A stretch of DNA of 64,000 nucleotides, from positions 3,571-67,570 of the forward strand of contig QCIG01000007.1 in the NCBI GenBank assembly GCA_003216815.1, given 5' to 3'. Source of the DNA: Prochlorococcus sp. AG-402-K14 (GTDB taxonomy: Bacteria > Cyanobacteriota > Cyanobacteriia > PCC-6307 > Cyanobiaceae). Positions 11,041 through 22,505 of the stretch are shown piece by piece. The position numbers and the translations under genes are program-made. The notes below the pieces were generated by a model that did not search any database, was not told where the DNA came from, and worked only from the letters and a program-made list of their open reading frames with translations. Each line of letters opens with the position of its first letter. The stretch's first letter is position 1.

Positions 11041-11114
11041 AAATGCTATTAAATTCGGTTGTTAATTTGCAATGTTTGCTCTAAAAAAGAGAATAGTTTA
11101 AGGATATAGCTCGA

Positions 11115-11969
11115 GTGAGCGTCAAAACAGTTATCTTGCAGTTCATTTGTCCAGATAAGCCAGGACTTGTAAGTCATTTGGCAAGTTGGATTGCAAGTAA
11201 AAATGGGAATATCAGACATGCGGATCACCATACTGATGCAGATGCAAAATTATTTCTTAGTCGTATCGAGTGGGATTTAGATGGTTTTTTGCTTGATAAA
11301 AATGAAATAAATTCTGAGATTATTTTACTTGAGCAGCGATTGAATGGAAAAGCAGTATTGAGTTTTTCTGATGATTTTCCCAATGTTGCGATATTTGTAA
11401 GTAAGCAGAGCCACTGTTTAGTTGATCTTTTATGGAGAGTCAAGGCAGGAGAATTATCTATGAATGTTCCTTTAGTTATTTCGAATCATTCAGATTTAGA
11501 GGAGATTTGCTCAACTTTTAATATTCCTTTTAAGCTCATAGAAGTAGATAAAAACAATAAATTAGATTCAGAAATTAAAATTTTAGATTTATTAAATGAA
11601 TACAAAATTGATTTAGGGGTGTTGGCTAAATATATGCAGATCTTGAGCAGTTCATTTTTAGAACAGTTCCCTCATTTAATTAATATCCATCATTCTTTTC
11701 TACCTGCTTTTAAAGGTGCTCAACCATATCATCAAGCATGGGAAAGAGGTGTGAAGTTAATTGGTGCAACTGCTCATTATGTTACCAAGGATCTTGATGC
11801 TGGCCCCATTATTGAGCAGACTATATCTAATGTTAGTCATCGTGATGAAGTAGCAGATTTAATAAGAAAGGGAAGAGATTTGGAGCGAGTGGCCCTAGCA
11901 AGAGCTTTAAGATTGCATTTAAGGCGGCAAGTTATTGTTTATCGGGGGAGAACAGCTGTATTTACATGA
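11115..11969 (+). CDS. purU: Formyltetrahydrofolate deformylase
   Basis: ACT-like CPDKPGLV; INIHHSFLPAFKGAQPYHQA; GVKLIGATAH. Confidence 0.97.
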   Translation: MSVKTVILQFICPDKPGLVSHLASWIASKNGNIRHADHHTDADAKLFLSRIEWDLDGFLLDKNEINSEIILLEQRLNGKAVLSFSDDFPNVAIFVSKQSHCLVDLLWRVKAGELSMNVPLVISNHSDLEEICSTFNIPFKLIEVDKNNKLDSEIKILDLLNEYKIDLGVLAKYMQILSSSFLEQFPHLINIHHSFLPAFKGAQPYHQAWERGVKLIGATAHYVTKDLDAGPIIEQTISNVSHRDEVADLIRKGRDLERVALARALRLHLRRQVIVYRGRTAVFT

Positions 11970-13258
11970 TTCATAATGCTTATTTTTTTAAATTAAAAAA
12001 TTATTTATCAGAAAATATTGGCTGGAAGTGTTTTCAGATAGCGGTATTTTGTTTACCTTCAAGTGCTTTAATTTCTTATATATTTTTGCTTGTAGCTCTT
12101 TTTGAAGGAACCTTTAGAAGAAGCGATAATTATTGGAGGGAGTATTGGAATTATCCACTATTAGTTATATCTTTTTTGATGTTAGTTGGTTGTATTCGTT
12201 CTCAAACAGGTTGGCTAGCATGGCTTGGCCTTTTTAATTGGTTGCCATTTTTTTGGTGTTTTTGGGGCTTACAACCATATTTGTTAACTCCTGAAAGAAG
12301 AAAAAAATGTGCTTCTTTGCTTGTATTTGGAAGTCTTCCAGTTTTAATAACAGGCTTTGGTCAGTTATGGCTTGGATGGGAGGGCCCTTGGGAGATTTTT
12401 GATGGTTTAATTATTTGGTTTATTTCTCCAGGAGGAGAGCCTCTAGGCAGATTATCTGGGTTGTTTGATTACGCGAATATCACTGCTGCATGGTTATCTG
12501 GCGTATGGCCATTTTGTTTAGCATCCGTTCTGCATCCTTTTATTGTTGGAAGAAACCGAGTTTTTCCCTGTGCACTTTTAATTGCTTTTGTTGCAGCAAT
12601 GATTTTGACTGATTCTCGAAACGCATGGGGTGCAATTTTTTTAGCTTTACCATTAGTTTTTGGTTCAGCATCATGGAGCTGGTTATTACCTTTAATGCTT
12701 ATTTGCTTTCTTCCGGTGATTATTGCGGTTCTACCAGTTTTTGATTTTGGAATTCAACAATTTGCAAGGAGTATTGTTCCTGAATCTATTTGGATGAGAC
12801 TAAATGATATGCAGTTCGTTGATACTAGATCTTTTGAAGCAACACGTATTGGTCAATGGAAAATGGCACTTAATTTAATTTTTGAAAAACCATGGTTGGG
12901 TTGGGGGGCAGCAGCTTTTTCAATTCTTTATCCTTTAAGGACAGGATTATCTCATGGTCATTCTCATAATTTGCCTCTAGAGTTAGCAATTAGTCATGGC
13001 ATAGTAGTCTCTTTGTTGATTAATTTGTTTGTGTTTAGCTTATTATTAATTTCTTCTTTTTATAGAATATTTAATAATTTAGATCTGCAAAAAAATATAA
13101 TACTAGATCGAGCTTGGTGGACCTCTGCTTTAATTCTTATTTGTTTTCATGCGACAGATATTCCACTATTTGATAGCAGAGTAAATATCTTAGGTTGGAT
13201 ACTATTAATAGGTCTTAGATGCATGATTTATAACTCTAAGGCCATAATATTTGATTAA
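11966..13258 (+). CDS. O-antigen ligase/IctB-like membrane protein
   Basis: Multi-TM protein with RLSGLFDYAN, LTDSRNAW, GWGAAAF and HSHNLPLE (Wzy_C-type). Confidence 0.85.
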   Translation: MIHNAYFFKLKNYLSENIGWKCFQIAVFCLPSSALISYIFLLVALFEGTFRRSDNYWREYWNYPLLVISFLMLVGCIRSQTGWLAWLGLFNWLPFFWCFWGLQPYLLTPERRKKCASLLVFGSLPVLITGFGQLWLGWEGPWEIFDGLIIWFISPGGEPLGRLSGLFDYANITAAWLSGVWPFCLASVLHPFIVGRNRVFPCALLIAFVAAMILTDSRNAWGAIFLALPLVFGSASWSWLLPLMLICFLPVIIAVLPVFDFGIQQFARSIVPESIWMRLNDMQFVDTRSFEATRIGQWKMALNLIFEKPWLGWGAAAFSILYPLRTGLSHGHSHNLPLELAISHGIVVSLLINLFVFSLLLISSFYRIFNNLDLQKNIILDRAWWTSALILICFHATDIPLFDSRVNILGWILLIGLRCMIYNSKAIIFD

Positions 13259-13275
13259 AATAATTTGAACAAATT

Positions 13276-14634
13276 TCATATTAAATCTCCTTCTTCAATT
13301 GTAATTTGTCTTTCATAAATTGAATGTTCATTAAATATCCTGGCAGTTAAAAAGCTAGCTATACATGTAATCAAAAGTGGTTTAAGTATTAAAAGATTTT
13401 TAGTTAAGGCGAAGGCTAAAAACATTGCTGTCAAAGGTGTTCTAGAGCAACCAGCTACAAATCCGCCCATTCCTGCAAAAATATAGGTTGTTGGTACATG
13501 ACCCGTAAATGCTTCTACTCCAATACCGCTGGCTAATCCTATTGCTCCTCCTAGGGTAAGCATTGGATAAAATAAACCACCTGGAGCTCCAGAGGCGGCG
13601 GCCAAACCAGAAGCAAAAAATAAAACTAGAAATATACTGATTGCCAGCGTAAAACTACTACTTTCATTAACAATAATCTTTTGCAATCCTTCGATATTGT
13701 GGAAACTTTCTGGAATTATTGAATACATTGAGCCAAGTAATAATCCGGATAAACTCATTCTTTGAATAGTTTTATTTTTAAACCATTGGTTTCCTAGGAC
13801 TTGCATTTTTAAAACATATTGGCAATACATTTCTGCTAAGAATCCAAGTAAGATTCCTAAAAATATTAGGTATAAAAAATCTATCGGAAAGAAATCAATT
13901 ACTGGTGTATATGCTCTCTCCAATTGAAAACCTAAATTATTAACAAATCCACCAGCTTTTTGATCTAGTCCAATTGCTTGCAAAATATCAGCGCAACTAT
14001 CAGCCCAGAATGTTGTTATTACTACTAGTAAGAGGACGACTGGTCTAGCTGAATTTAGCAGCTCTTCAATTGCATAGACAAAGCCTCCAATAGGTGCACT
14101 GAAAATAGCTGCAATTCCCGCTCCCCCTCCTGCTGCAACTATGACTCTGCGAAATGAAATAGGAGCTTTTAGCCATTTTGCCATTTTCCAGGCAACAGAT
14201 CCTCCCATTTGTACTGCTGGGCCTTCTGGACCTAGTGGAAATCCACTGCCAATAGCAATTATTCCAGCAAATAGTTTTACGATTCCAACTCTTAATCCCA
14301 TAGGGACTGACTTATGGCGAAGAAATGCAATGATGTGACTTACTCCTGCTCCTTTTGCTGCAGGGGCAAAATTTTGAATGAGCGATCCTGATATTAAGCC
14401 TCCTAATGTTCCTAATATTGGTAAAACTATCCATCTAGGTATATATGCAAGAAGATTTGATCGATAATCTTCTAATGCATGGATTCCAGTTTTAAATAAT
14501 ATTCCCGTCAATGCTGCTCCTAAACCTGTAAGTATGAGAGCAAGAATTACATTTAGCCATTTTCTTTGAAGAAGTTTTTTTATGCTTTGACTTGATTTCT
14601 TTTTAACGGCATTTTGACTTTGACTTTTGATCAT
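13276..14634 (-). CDS. ClC-family anion/H+ antiporter
   Basis: Motifs GAGVS, LGPEGP, YAIEEL, APGGLFYP and SIYE. Confidence 0.93.
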   Translation of the reverse strand: MIKSQSQNAVKKKSSQSIKKLLQRKWLNVILALILTGLGAALTGILFKTGIHALEDYRSNLLAYIPRWIVLPILGTLGGLISGSLIQNFAPAAKGAGVSHIIAFLRHKSVPMGLRVGIVKLFAGIIAIGSGFPLGPEGPAVQMGGSVAWKMAKWLKAPISFRRVIVAAGGGAGIAAIFSAPIGGFVYAIEELLNSARPVVLLLVVITTFWADSCADILQAIGLDQKAGGFVNNLGFQLERAYTPVIDFFPIDFLYLIFLGILLGFLAEMYCQYVLKMQVLGNQWFKNKTIQRMSLSGLLLGSMYSIIPESFHNIEGLQKIIVNESSSFTLAISIFLVLFFASGLAAASGAPGGLFYPMLTLGGAIGLASGIGVEAFTGHVPTTYIFAGMGGFVAGCSRTPLTAMFLAFALTKNLLILKPLLITCIASFLTARIFNEHSIYERQITIEEGDLI

Positions 14635-14644
14635 TTAATTTAAT

Positions 14645-17245
14645 TTAGGTTTGTAAAATAGAGGACTCTTCTTCTTTTGTTATTACACGGCCATCTTCAA
14701 TAAAGTTTGGTATTTCATCAAAGTTTAAGTATCTGTATATTTCCTCAGTTAAAGGGGAAACTTTTTTGGAAGCTATTGCAAGATATTCATCATTTGTAGG
14801 TATACGACCCAATAAAGCACAAACAGCGGCCAGTTCTGCACTTCCTAAGAATACCTGAGCTCCTTTGCCTAATCTGTTGTTGAAATTTCTTGTACTGGTT
14901 GAGAAAACAGTTGAATTATCCTCTACACGAGCTTGATTGCCCATGCATAGAGAACAACCAGGCATTTCCATTCGGCTACCAGCTTTTTCAAAGATTTCGT
15001 AGTATCCTTCTTTTTTCAAAATTTCCTCGTCCATTCGTGTTGGCGGACATACCCATAATCTTGCTGCTATCCTCCCTTCACCTTCGAGAATTTTTGCAGC
15101 GGCTCGATAATGACCAATATTAGTCATACATGATCCAATAAAAACTTCTTGAATGGGAGTTCCTGCGACTTCGCTTAAAAGTTTGACGTTATCAGGATCA
15201 TTAGGACAAGCTAAAACAGGTTCTGTGAGTTCATTCAAGTCTATTTCGATGATTTCTGAGTATTGTGCATTTGAGTCTGCTGAGAGTAAATCTGGTTTTG
15301 TTAACCAATCTTCCATTTCTTTAATTCTTCTACTTATTGTTCTTGCGTCTTTATATCCTCTAGCAATCATATTTTTAAGTAAAACAATATTGCTTTTTAA
15401 ATATTCACTTATTGTTGATTCAGCGAGTTGAATAGTACATCCAGCACAAGATCTTTCTGCACTTGCATCAGTCAATTCAAAGGCTTGTTCTAATTTTAGG
15501 TTTGGTAGACCTTCAATTTCTAATATTTTTCCATTAAACACATTAATTTTGTTTGCTTTGGCAACGGTCAGCAGACCTTGTTTTATGGCCATCCACGGAA
15601 TGGCATTAACTACATCTCTTAAAGTGACGCCAGTTTGTAAAGACCCTTGAAAACGTACAAGAACTGACTCCGGCATATCTAAAGGCATTGAACCAATGGC
15701 AGCAGCAAATGCCACAACTCCCGAACCTCCTGGAAATGAGATGCCCAATGGGAATCGTGTATGACTATCGCCACCTGTCCCGACTGTGTCCGGTAAAAGC
15801 ATCCTATTTAGCCAACTGTGAATAATTCCATCACCGGGTTTTAATGCTATTCCTCCTCTTTCAGCAAAAAAATCAGGGAGTTCTTTTTGAGTTTTGACAT
15901 CCACGGGCTTGGGATATGCTGCCGTATGACAGAAACTCTGCATCACTAAATCAGCAGAAAATCCTAAACAGGCTAATTCTTTCATTTCATCTCTAGTCAT
16001 CGGACCAGTAGTATCTTGACTACCAACAGTTGTCATTATTGGCTCACAACTGGCACCAGGGAGTATTCCAGCTAAACCGCATGCTTTTCCAACTATTTTT
16101 TGAGCTTGTGTAAACCCATGCTTTGATGCAGGTGGCTGACCAGGACGAATAAAAAGAGTAGAGGGAGGAAGTTTTAATTTTGTTCTAACTTTGTCTGTCA
16201 ATGCTCTCCCAATCATTAAAGGAATTCGCCCACCTGCTCTTACTTCATCAGTAATAGTTTGTGGTGTTAAGTCAAATTTCGAAATCAGTTTTCCGCCATT
16301 TGCTTCATTTTTTTCTCTTCGAATTTCTCCTTTATAAGGAAAAATTGTGATGATATCTCCTGTTTTGAGATTGCTTACATCGCATTCAATTGGAAGTGCA
16401 CCTGAATCTTCAGCAGTATTAAAGAAAATAGGAGCAATTTTGCCTCCTATTACAACCCCGCCCCCTCTTTTATTTGGTACGTAAGGGATATTTTGTCCTG
16501 TATGCCAAAGGACAGAGTTGATTGCTGACTTTCTAGAGCTTCCCGTTCCAACGACATCGCCAACATATGCAACTGGATATCCTTTCTTTTTTAATTCTTC
16601 AATTGTGCTTAAACCATTTGGATCTCTAGTCTCTAGCATCGCTAGAGCATGTAAAGGAATATCTGGCCTTGTTGTGGCATGAGTTGCTGGAGAGAGGTCG
16701 TCTGTATTTGTTTCGCCTTCAACTTTAAATACTGTTACTGTTATTTCTTTAGCTAAGGGTTGTTTATTAGTGAACCATTCTCCATTGGACCAGCTATTTA
16801 TAACTTTTTCTGCATAAATATTATTTTTTGCTAATTCTAAAATATCGTTTAATGCATCATAGACTAAAAGAGTATTACTTAATGCATCACATGCTTTAGC
16901 GGCTAACTCTTTATTAGTAGATTTTAGTATTTCAATTAATGCTGCTACATTATAACCGCCAATCATGGTACCCAAAAGCTCAGTTGCTTTTAAAGGACTT
17001 ACTAATGGACTTTTTGATTCTTCTTGAGCAATTGAGCTAAGCCAAGTCGCTTTGACATAAGAGGCTTGATCCACTCCAGGAGGAATCCGATTAGCAAGAA
17101 GATCAAGTAAGAAGTTTTGATCGAATTCATTATTTGGTTTTTCTAATAACTCTGTTAAATCTTTAGTCTGTTTTGCATCTAAAGGAAGAGGAGGGATCCC
17201 TAATGTTTCTCTTTCTGCAACATGTGATAAGTAATTTTTTAGCAT
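14645..17245 (-). CDS. acnB: Aconitate hydratase B
   Basis: Motifs [37 protein letters not shown] and [11 protein letters not shown]. Confidence 0.99.
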   Translation of the reverse strand: MLKNYLSHVAERETLGIPPLPLDAKQTKDLTELLEKPNNEFDQNFLLDLLANRIPPGVDQASYVKATWLSSIAQEESKSPLVSPLKATELLGTMIGGYNVAALIEILKSTNKELAAKACDALSNTLLVYDALNDILELAKNNIYAEKVINSWSNGEWFTNKQPLAKEITVTVFKVEGETNTDDLSPATHATTRPDIPLHALAMLETRDPNGLSTIEELKKKGYPVAYVGDVVGTGSSRKSAINSVLWHTGQNIPYVPNKRGGGVVIGGKIAPIFFNTAEDSGALPIECDVSNLKTGDIITIFPYKGEIRREKNEANGGKLISKFDLTPQTITDEVRAGGRIPLMIGRALTDKVRTKLKLPPSTLFIRPGQPPASKHGFTQAQKIVGKACGLAGILPGASCEPIMTTVGSQDTTGPMTRDEMKELACLGFSADLVMQSFCHTAAYPKPVDVKTQKELPDFFAERGGIALKPGDGIIHSWLNRMLLPDTVGTGGDSHTRFPLGISFPGGSGVVAFAAAIGSMPLDMPESVLVRFQGSLQTGVTLRDVVNAIPWMAIKQGLLTVAKANKINVFNGKILEIEGLPNLKLEQAFELTDASAERSCAGCTIQLAESTISEYLKSNIVLLKNMIARGYKDARTISRRIKEMEDWLTKPDLLSADSNAQYSEIIEIDLNELTEPVLACPNDPDNVKLLSEVAGTPIQEVFIGSCMTNIGHYRAAAKILEGEGRIAARLWVCPPTRMDEEILKKEGYYEIFEKAGSRMEMPGCSLCMGNQARVEDNSTVFSTSTRNFNNRLGKGAQVFLGSAELAAVCALLGRIPTNDEYLAIASKKVSPLTEEIYRYLNFDEIPNFIEDGRVITKEEESSILQT

Positions 17246-17397
17246 TTTTAAATCTCAATAGAGAATGTATTTGAGTGAGGGCTTTTTGTTTTCATTGTTT
17301 ACAACCGCATGTTTCTTGAACAAACATTCAGATAATGCAACTTATTACCCCCTATGACTGATACTTCTCTAATCTTATATCTATGATCACGCTTTAA

Positions 17398-18468
17398 ATG
17401 TCCACCTCATCATATTTTTCAATGGTGGATAGCACCTCTGACCTTCATGTGGTCGAGACTCGTCCATTAATGTCACCAGCATTAATTCATAGAGATTTGC
17501 CTTTAGACAAGGCAGCCTCTGGAGTTGTCTCTACTACTCGAAACAAGATTCAATCAATTCTTCATGGTAATGATCAAAGAATTTTGGTTATTGTTGGACC
17601 ATGTTCGGTTCATGATGTTGATGCTGCTATTGAATATGCAAATCGTTTAGCCCCATTGAGGGAGAAATACAGTCAAAAGTTAGAGATTGTCATGCGTGTT
17701 TATTTTGAGAAACCACGTACAACTGTTGGATGGAAAGGACTGATTAATGATCCTCATCTTGATAATTCTTACGATATTAATACTGGTTTAAGAAAGGCAA
17801 GAGGTCTATTACTTGATTTAGCGAAACAAGGAATGCCGGCAGCGACTGAATTACTTGATCCAGTTGTTCCTCAATATATTGCTGATTTAATTAGTTGGAC
17901 TGCTATTGGAGCAAGAACGACAGAGAGTCAAACTCATCGTGAAATGGCGTCTGGATTATCAATGCCGGTTGGTTATAAGAATGGTACTGATGGGACCGCA
18001 TCGATAGCGATTAATGCTATGCAAGCGGCTTCAAAACCACATCATTTTTTAGGAATAAATAGTGATGGCCATGCTTCAATTGTAAGTACAACAGGTAATC
18101 CAGATGGTCATCTTGTTTTAAGAGGTGGTAATAATGGCACCAATTATCATTTTGATGCAATTAAATTAATTGCTGACGAATTAGCACAAAATAAGATGCC
18201 TGAAAAAGTCATGGTTGATTGTAGTCATGGTAATTCAAAGAAAGACTTCCGTAGACAATCAGAAGTTTTACGAGATGTCGTATCACAATTACAAGGTGGA
18301 TCCAAGAACATAATGGGCGTAATGATAGAAAGTAATCTTGTGGAAGGAAATCAGAAATTAAATACTGATTTATCAAAACTTACCTACGGTCAAAGTGTTA
18401 CGGATGCTTGTATAAATTTTTCTACAACTGAAATTTTATTAGAGGAATTAGCGAAATCAGTCAAATAA
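17398..18468 (+). CDS. aroG: DAHP synthase, class I-alpha (AroF/G/H type)
   Basis: Motifs GPCSVHD, YFEKPRTTVGWKG, IGARTTESQ and DCSHGNS. Confidence 0.95.
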   Translation: MSTSSYFSMVDSTSDLHVVETRPLMSPALIHRDLPLDKAASGVVSTTRNKIQSILHGNDQRILVIVGPCSVHDVDAAIEYANRLAPLREKYSQKLEIVMRVYFEKPRTTVGWKGLINDPHLDNSYDINTGLRKARGLLLDLAKQGMPAATELLDPVVPQYIADLISWTAIGARTTESQTHREMASGLSMPVGYKNGTDGTASIAINAMQAASKPHHFLGINSDGHASIVSTTGNPDGHLVLRGGNNGTNYHFDAIKLIADELAQNKMPEKVMVDCSHGNSKKDFRRQSEVLRDVVSQLQGGSKNIMGVMIESNLVEGNQKLNTDLSKLTYGQSVTDACINFSTTEILLEELAKSVK

Positions 18469-18482
18469 ATTTTTTACTTATT

Positions 18483-19136
18483 TTATGTGCCTACTAGCCA
18501 TATTCCAATACAAGTGACTCCAATAGGAACAGTTATATTGTCAATGCCCCAAGGACTTATTTGTTCTAAAAAAGTGGCTATTAGTGATATAAATAAAATT
18601 TCTATAGGTTGTATATCTAGATTATTCATTGAAGAAATTGTTGTAGTCGTAATAGCAACTACAGTACCCATTGTGAATGTTCCTGCGATTGATTTTGTTT
18701 GACTAAGTATTGACCATTTTGGAGACTTAATTGATCTTCCGATTAAGCCTGCAAGGCCATCACCAAAAGCCATTGCTAGGACTCCTATTGAAATAGATGA
18801 TGCATAGCGAGGCCAGAATAGTAAGAGTAAAAGAGTGATACTGATTCCATATGCAATTGTTCCAAAGCTTTTTCTTTCTACATCCTCAAGGGCGGGTAAT
18901 AAACGGTATTGATAATTAATGCCTAAGGCTATGGTTATCAAAAATGCAGACAAAAAAGCTATATTTTTTGGAATATTAAATAACCAAGCTAAAAGAATTA
19001 CTGGTCCTGTTCCAATATGAATGATTTTTCTACTTAACTCCTCTTTTTTTGGAAAGTATCTTTTACACAAAAATGCAATTACTAAAATTGTGATTATCCA
19101 TAAAGCAATTACAACAATAGCTATTGGAAAAGGCAA
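18483..19136 (-). CDS. Phytol/dolichol kinase family membrane protein
   Basis: Motifs SRKIIHIGTG, FGDGLAGLIG, KSIAG and DNITVP. Confidence 0.88.
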   Translation of the reverse strand: MPFPIAIVVIALWIITILVIAFLCKRYFPKKEELSRKIIHIGTGPVILLAWLFNIPKNIAFLSAFLITIALGINYQYRLLPALEDVERKSFGTIAYGISITLLLLLFWPRYASSISIGVLAMAFGDGLAGLIGRSIKSPKWSILSQTKSIAGTFTMGTVVAITTTTISSMNNLDIQPIEILFISLIATFLEQISPWGIDNITVPIGVTCIGIWLVGT

Positions 19137-19139
19137 TGT

Positions 19140-20165
19140 TTATGCGGCGTTTTGATGAGTAGTCATTACTCTCAATTTTAAAATTGCTTTTGCTTCAAGT
19201 TGTCTGACACGTTCTCTTGAAACATTGATTTGCCTTCCAATTTCAGCAAGAGTTAGTGGTTCTTCTCCATCAAGGCCAAATCGAAGCCTCATGATTTTTT
19301 GTTCTCTCTCATTTAATTGAGATAACCAACCACCGAGGTGTTCTTTTTGAATACTCCTATCCATTCCTTCCATTGGCTCATCATAATTAGGATCTGGAAT
19401 TAATTCTCCTAAAGTACTTCTATCTTCTTCCCCTCTGGCATGCGCATCAAGAGAGGCACATGGCGCACTTTGTGATACAAGGTCCTCTAGATCTTGAGGT
19501 TCAATTCCCATCGCATTGGCAAGTTCTAGTCGATTTGGTTGCCTACCAAATCTATGTGATAATTCACGTGAGATACGTCGCATTTTAGAGAGCTTTTCGC
19601 TGATATGTATTGGCAGTCGAATTGTTCTAGCACTGTTATCAATTGCTCGAGTCATACCTTGTCGTATCCACCAGTATGCATAGGTTGAGAATTTATAACC
19701 CATTGCAGGATCAAATTTATCAACAGCTCTTTCTAGACCAATAGCACCTTCTTGCACTAAATCAAGTAATTCCAGACCTTGATTTTGATATTTTTTTGCA
19801 ACGCTTACAACTAATCTAAGATTTGCAGCCATCATACGATCTCTGGCTCGCTTACCCATTTTGATTTTGTGTTTTTGACGTGCAGTTCTTTGTTCTAGCG
19901 GAAGATTTAATAAATCTTTCATTTGTTGTACGTGATGAGCAAGCTCAATCTCTTCTGCTGGAGTTAAAAGAGGGACTCTTCCAATACTTGTAAGATAGAA
20001 GCCTATAGCATCAGTCGCTAGACGATTGCTTTGTCTGCGTGAACCTCGTGATTTTTGACTACTTACAGTTGCTGTAGATAGTTTTTGAGTTGTACTTGCC
20101 GAATTTGAGTTCTCTGATGAAATCTCAGAAAAATTTTTGGCAGATTCCAGCGGGATCCCCATCAC
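19140..20165 (-). CDS. Group 2 RpoD-family sigma factor
   Basis: Motifs ANLRLVVSVAKKY, DLVQEG, YKFSTYAYWWIRQ and SRERVRQLE. Confidence 0.97.
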   Translation of the reverse strand: MMGIPLESAKNFSEISSENSNSASTTQKLSTATVSSQKSRGSRRQSNRLATDAIGFYLTSIGRVPLLTPAEEIELAHHVQQMKDLLNLPLEQRTARQKHKIKMGKRARDRMMAANLRLVVSVAKKYQNQGLELLDLVQEGAIGLERAVDKFDPAMGYKFSTYAYWWIRQGMTRAIDNSARTIRLPIHISEKLSKMRRISRELSHRFGRQPNRLELANAMGIEPQDLEDLVSQSAPCASLDAHARGEEDRSTLGELIPDPNYDEPMEGMDRSIQKEHLGGWLSQLNEREQKIMRLRFGLDGEEPLTLAEIGRQINVSRERVRQLEAKAILKLRVMTTHQNAA

Positions 20166-20315
20166 CCTGGCCTCTTGAAGTTAGATTTATTAAGAAGTTA
20201 GCACTTATGAGGAGAAGTTGACTAATTGAAACGAAAAATTTATGTTTTTTGGGCTAATTAGGTATAAAGCGCATCACAAAATAGATAAAATTTTTCATCA
20301 AAATCTTTCTAACTT

Positions 20316-22466
20316 TTAATTTGCTTCTTTCCTGTATAGCTTGATAATTTTTTCTTGAATATATTTTTTTTTATCATTCATAACTTTGTTTTTAGTGTAG
20401 CTACCATCACTTTGCATATTCCAAGAGTCTATATTTTCTTCTAAATAACAATTTAATAAGTATTTAATATCTTTTTTAATTTTAATATCTTCAATGGGTG
20501 TAACTGCTTCTACTCTTCTGTCTAAATTTCGCCTCATCCAGTCTGCGCTGCCAATAAAAACTTCTGAATTTCCATTGTTATTAAACCAAAAAATTCTTGA
20601 ATGCTCTAAAAATCGACCAATAATGCTTTTTACTTTGATATTTTCGCTTAAGCCTTTTTTCTGAGGATATAGGCAGCACATACCTCTAATTATGAGTTCA
20701 ATTTGTACTCCTTCTTTGGATGCTTCATAAAGTAATTGGATAATTCCTGGATCAACAAGGGAATTCATTTTAGCTATTATTTTTGCGGGCAAACCATTTT
20801 TTGCAAAGTTGATCTCTCTTTTGATTAATTTTTCTATTCCATTTCTAAGAGTTACTGGAGCAACTAATAATTTTCTATAGGATTGTTGTTTAGCAAATCC
20901 TGTAAGGTAATTGAATAGTTCAATAAGATCTTGGCCAAGCTCAGGTTGACATGATAATAAACCAATATCTGTATATGTTTTAGATGATTTTGAATTATAA
21001 TTTCCTGTTCCAATATGAAAATATGTTCTTAATCGATTTTTTTCTTTTCTTATAACTAAAGCAATTTTTGTATGAGTTTTTAGTCCAATGACTCCATATA
21101 CAACATGAACTCCTGATTGTTCAAGTTGTTTGGCCCATTGGATATTATTATCTTCATCGAATCTGGCTTTGAGTTCAACTAGGGCCATGACTTGCTTTCC
21201 CTTTTCAGCAGCTCTTATTAGAGCATCAATTATTAAAGAGTCTTTTGATATTCTATATAAAGTCATTTTGATTCCCATTACTTGTGTATCTTCAGCAGCT
21301 TGATTGATAAATTCTTCTACAGATGTTGAAAAAAGATTATATGGATGATGGACCAGTAGATCATTACGGCGAATAATAGAGAATATACTTTTAAAATTAT
21401 TTTTATTTCTTATATCTAACTCTTCGGTATCTCGTAATTGACTATTTTTAAGTAAAGTGTGAGTAATTCCCTGATGCTCTTTAAATTTTAGTTTTGGAAG
21501 ATTAATAGCTGCTAACTCTATAACCTCATCTAAAGCTAGTAATCCTTTTATTTCATATAAATTTTCTTTTTCTACATTCATACCTTCTTGTAAAAGATCA
21601 AGAATAATTTCAGGTGTATTGAAAGAGACTTCGAGTCGAACGACTTCGCCCCCTTTTCGACGCTTGCGTAAACCTTCCTCGAGTGCACTCATTAAATCAT
21701 CAGCTTCAATATCTCGAAGCTCAAGATCAGCGTCTCTGGTTACACGAAAGAAAGAATATTCTTTAACTTCCATTCCAGGAAAAAGCATTGATAGATTATT
21801 TGCAATAATTTGTTCAATAGGAATTCCTGTATATTGAGTTGATTCATTATTATCTAGTTCAATTGGAATACTTATAAATCTAGAAATACTTTCACCTGGA
21901 ATTTTGATACGTGTAAACTGTTCTTTTTCAGATTCTTTATCTACGATAATTGCAGCTAAATTTAAACTAAGATTACTTATAAAAGGGAATGGATGAGCAG
22001 GGTCAACTGCTAAGGGTGTTAATATAGGAAAAATGGCATTTGTAAAGTAATTATCAATCCAGACTTTTTGCTTTTCGTTTAATTCTTGATATTCAAGTAT
22101 GAATAAATTATTTTTTTTAAATTCTTCTTTTATATATTGATTGGTTTTAGATTGTTGCTTTTCTAAAATAGGATCTAGATAATTTCTTATTGCAATGAGT
22201 TGTTCTCCGGCAGATTTGCCATCTTGGCTTTTTTTGGAGATTCCACCATCTACTTGTGACTTTAATGAAGCAACTCTAACCATAAAAAATTCGTCTAAAT
22301 TATTGCTGAAAATTGAGCTGAATTTAATTTTCTCAAGTAATGGTGTTTCGTCTTCTATGGCTAGTTCTAAAACACGCTTGTTAAAATCTATCCAGCTTAA
22401 TTCACGATTAATATAAGTTTCATTATTGATGCTTGGAGAACTCATATCTATAACTAAATTATTCAA
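20316..22466 (-). CDS. ppk: Polyphosphate kinase 1
   Basis: Motifs INRELSW, NLDEFFMVRV, VHHPY, ELKARFDE and SADWMRRN. Confidence 0.98.
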   Translation of the reverse strand: MNNLVIDMSSPSINNETYINRELSWIDFNKRVLELAIEDETPLLEKIKFSSIFSNNLDEFFMVRVASLKSQVDGGISKKSQDGKSAGEQLIAIRNYLDPILEKQQSKTNQYIKEEFKKNNLFILEYQELNEKQKVWIDNYFTNAIFPILTPLAVDPAHPFPFISNLSLNLAAIIVDKESEKEQFTRIKIPGESISRFISIPIELDNNESTQYTGIPIEQIIANNLSMLFPGMEVKEYSFFRVTRDADLELRDIEADDLMSALEEGLRKRRKGGEVVRLEVSFNTPEIILDLLQEGMNVEKENLYEIKGLLALDEVIELAAINLPKLKFKEHQGITHTLLKNSQLRDTEELDIRNKNNFKSIFSIIRRNDLLVHHPYNLFSTSVEEFINQAAEDTQVMGIKMTLYRISKDSLIIDALIRAAEKGKQVMALVELKARFDEDNNIQWAKQLEQSGVHVVYGVIGLKTHTKIALVIRKEKNRLRTYFHIGTGNYNSKSSKTYTDIGLLSCQPELGQDLIELFNYLTGFAKQQSYRKLLVAPVTLRNGIEKLIKREINFAKNGLPAKIIAKMNSLVDPGIIQLLYEASKEGVQIELIIRGMCCLYPQKKGLSENIKVKSIIGRFLEHSRIFWFNNNGNSEVFIGSADWMRRNLDRRVEAVTPIEDIKIKKDIKYLLNCYLEENIDSWNMQSDGSYTKNKVMNDKKKYIQEKIIKLYRKEAN

Positions 22467-22505
22467 TTTTGAAAAATTATTTTAATATCTTAATCATCTA
22501 TAAGT

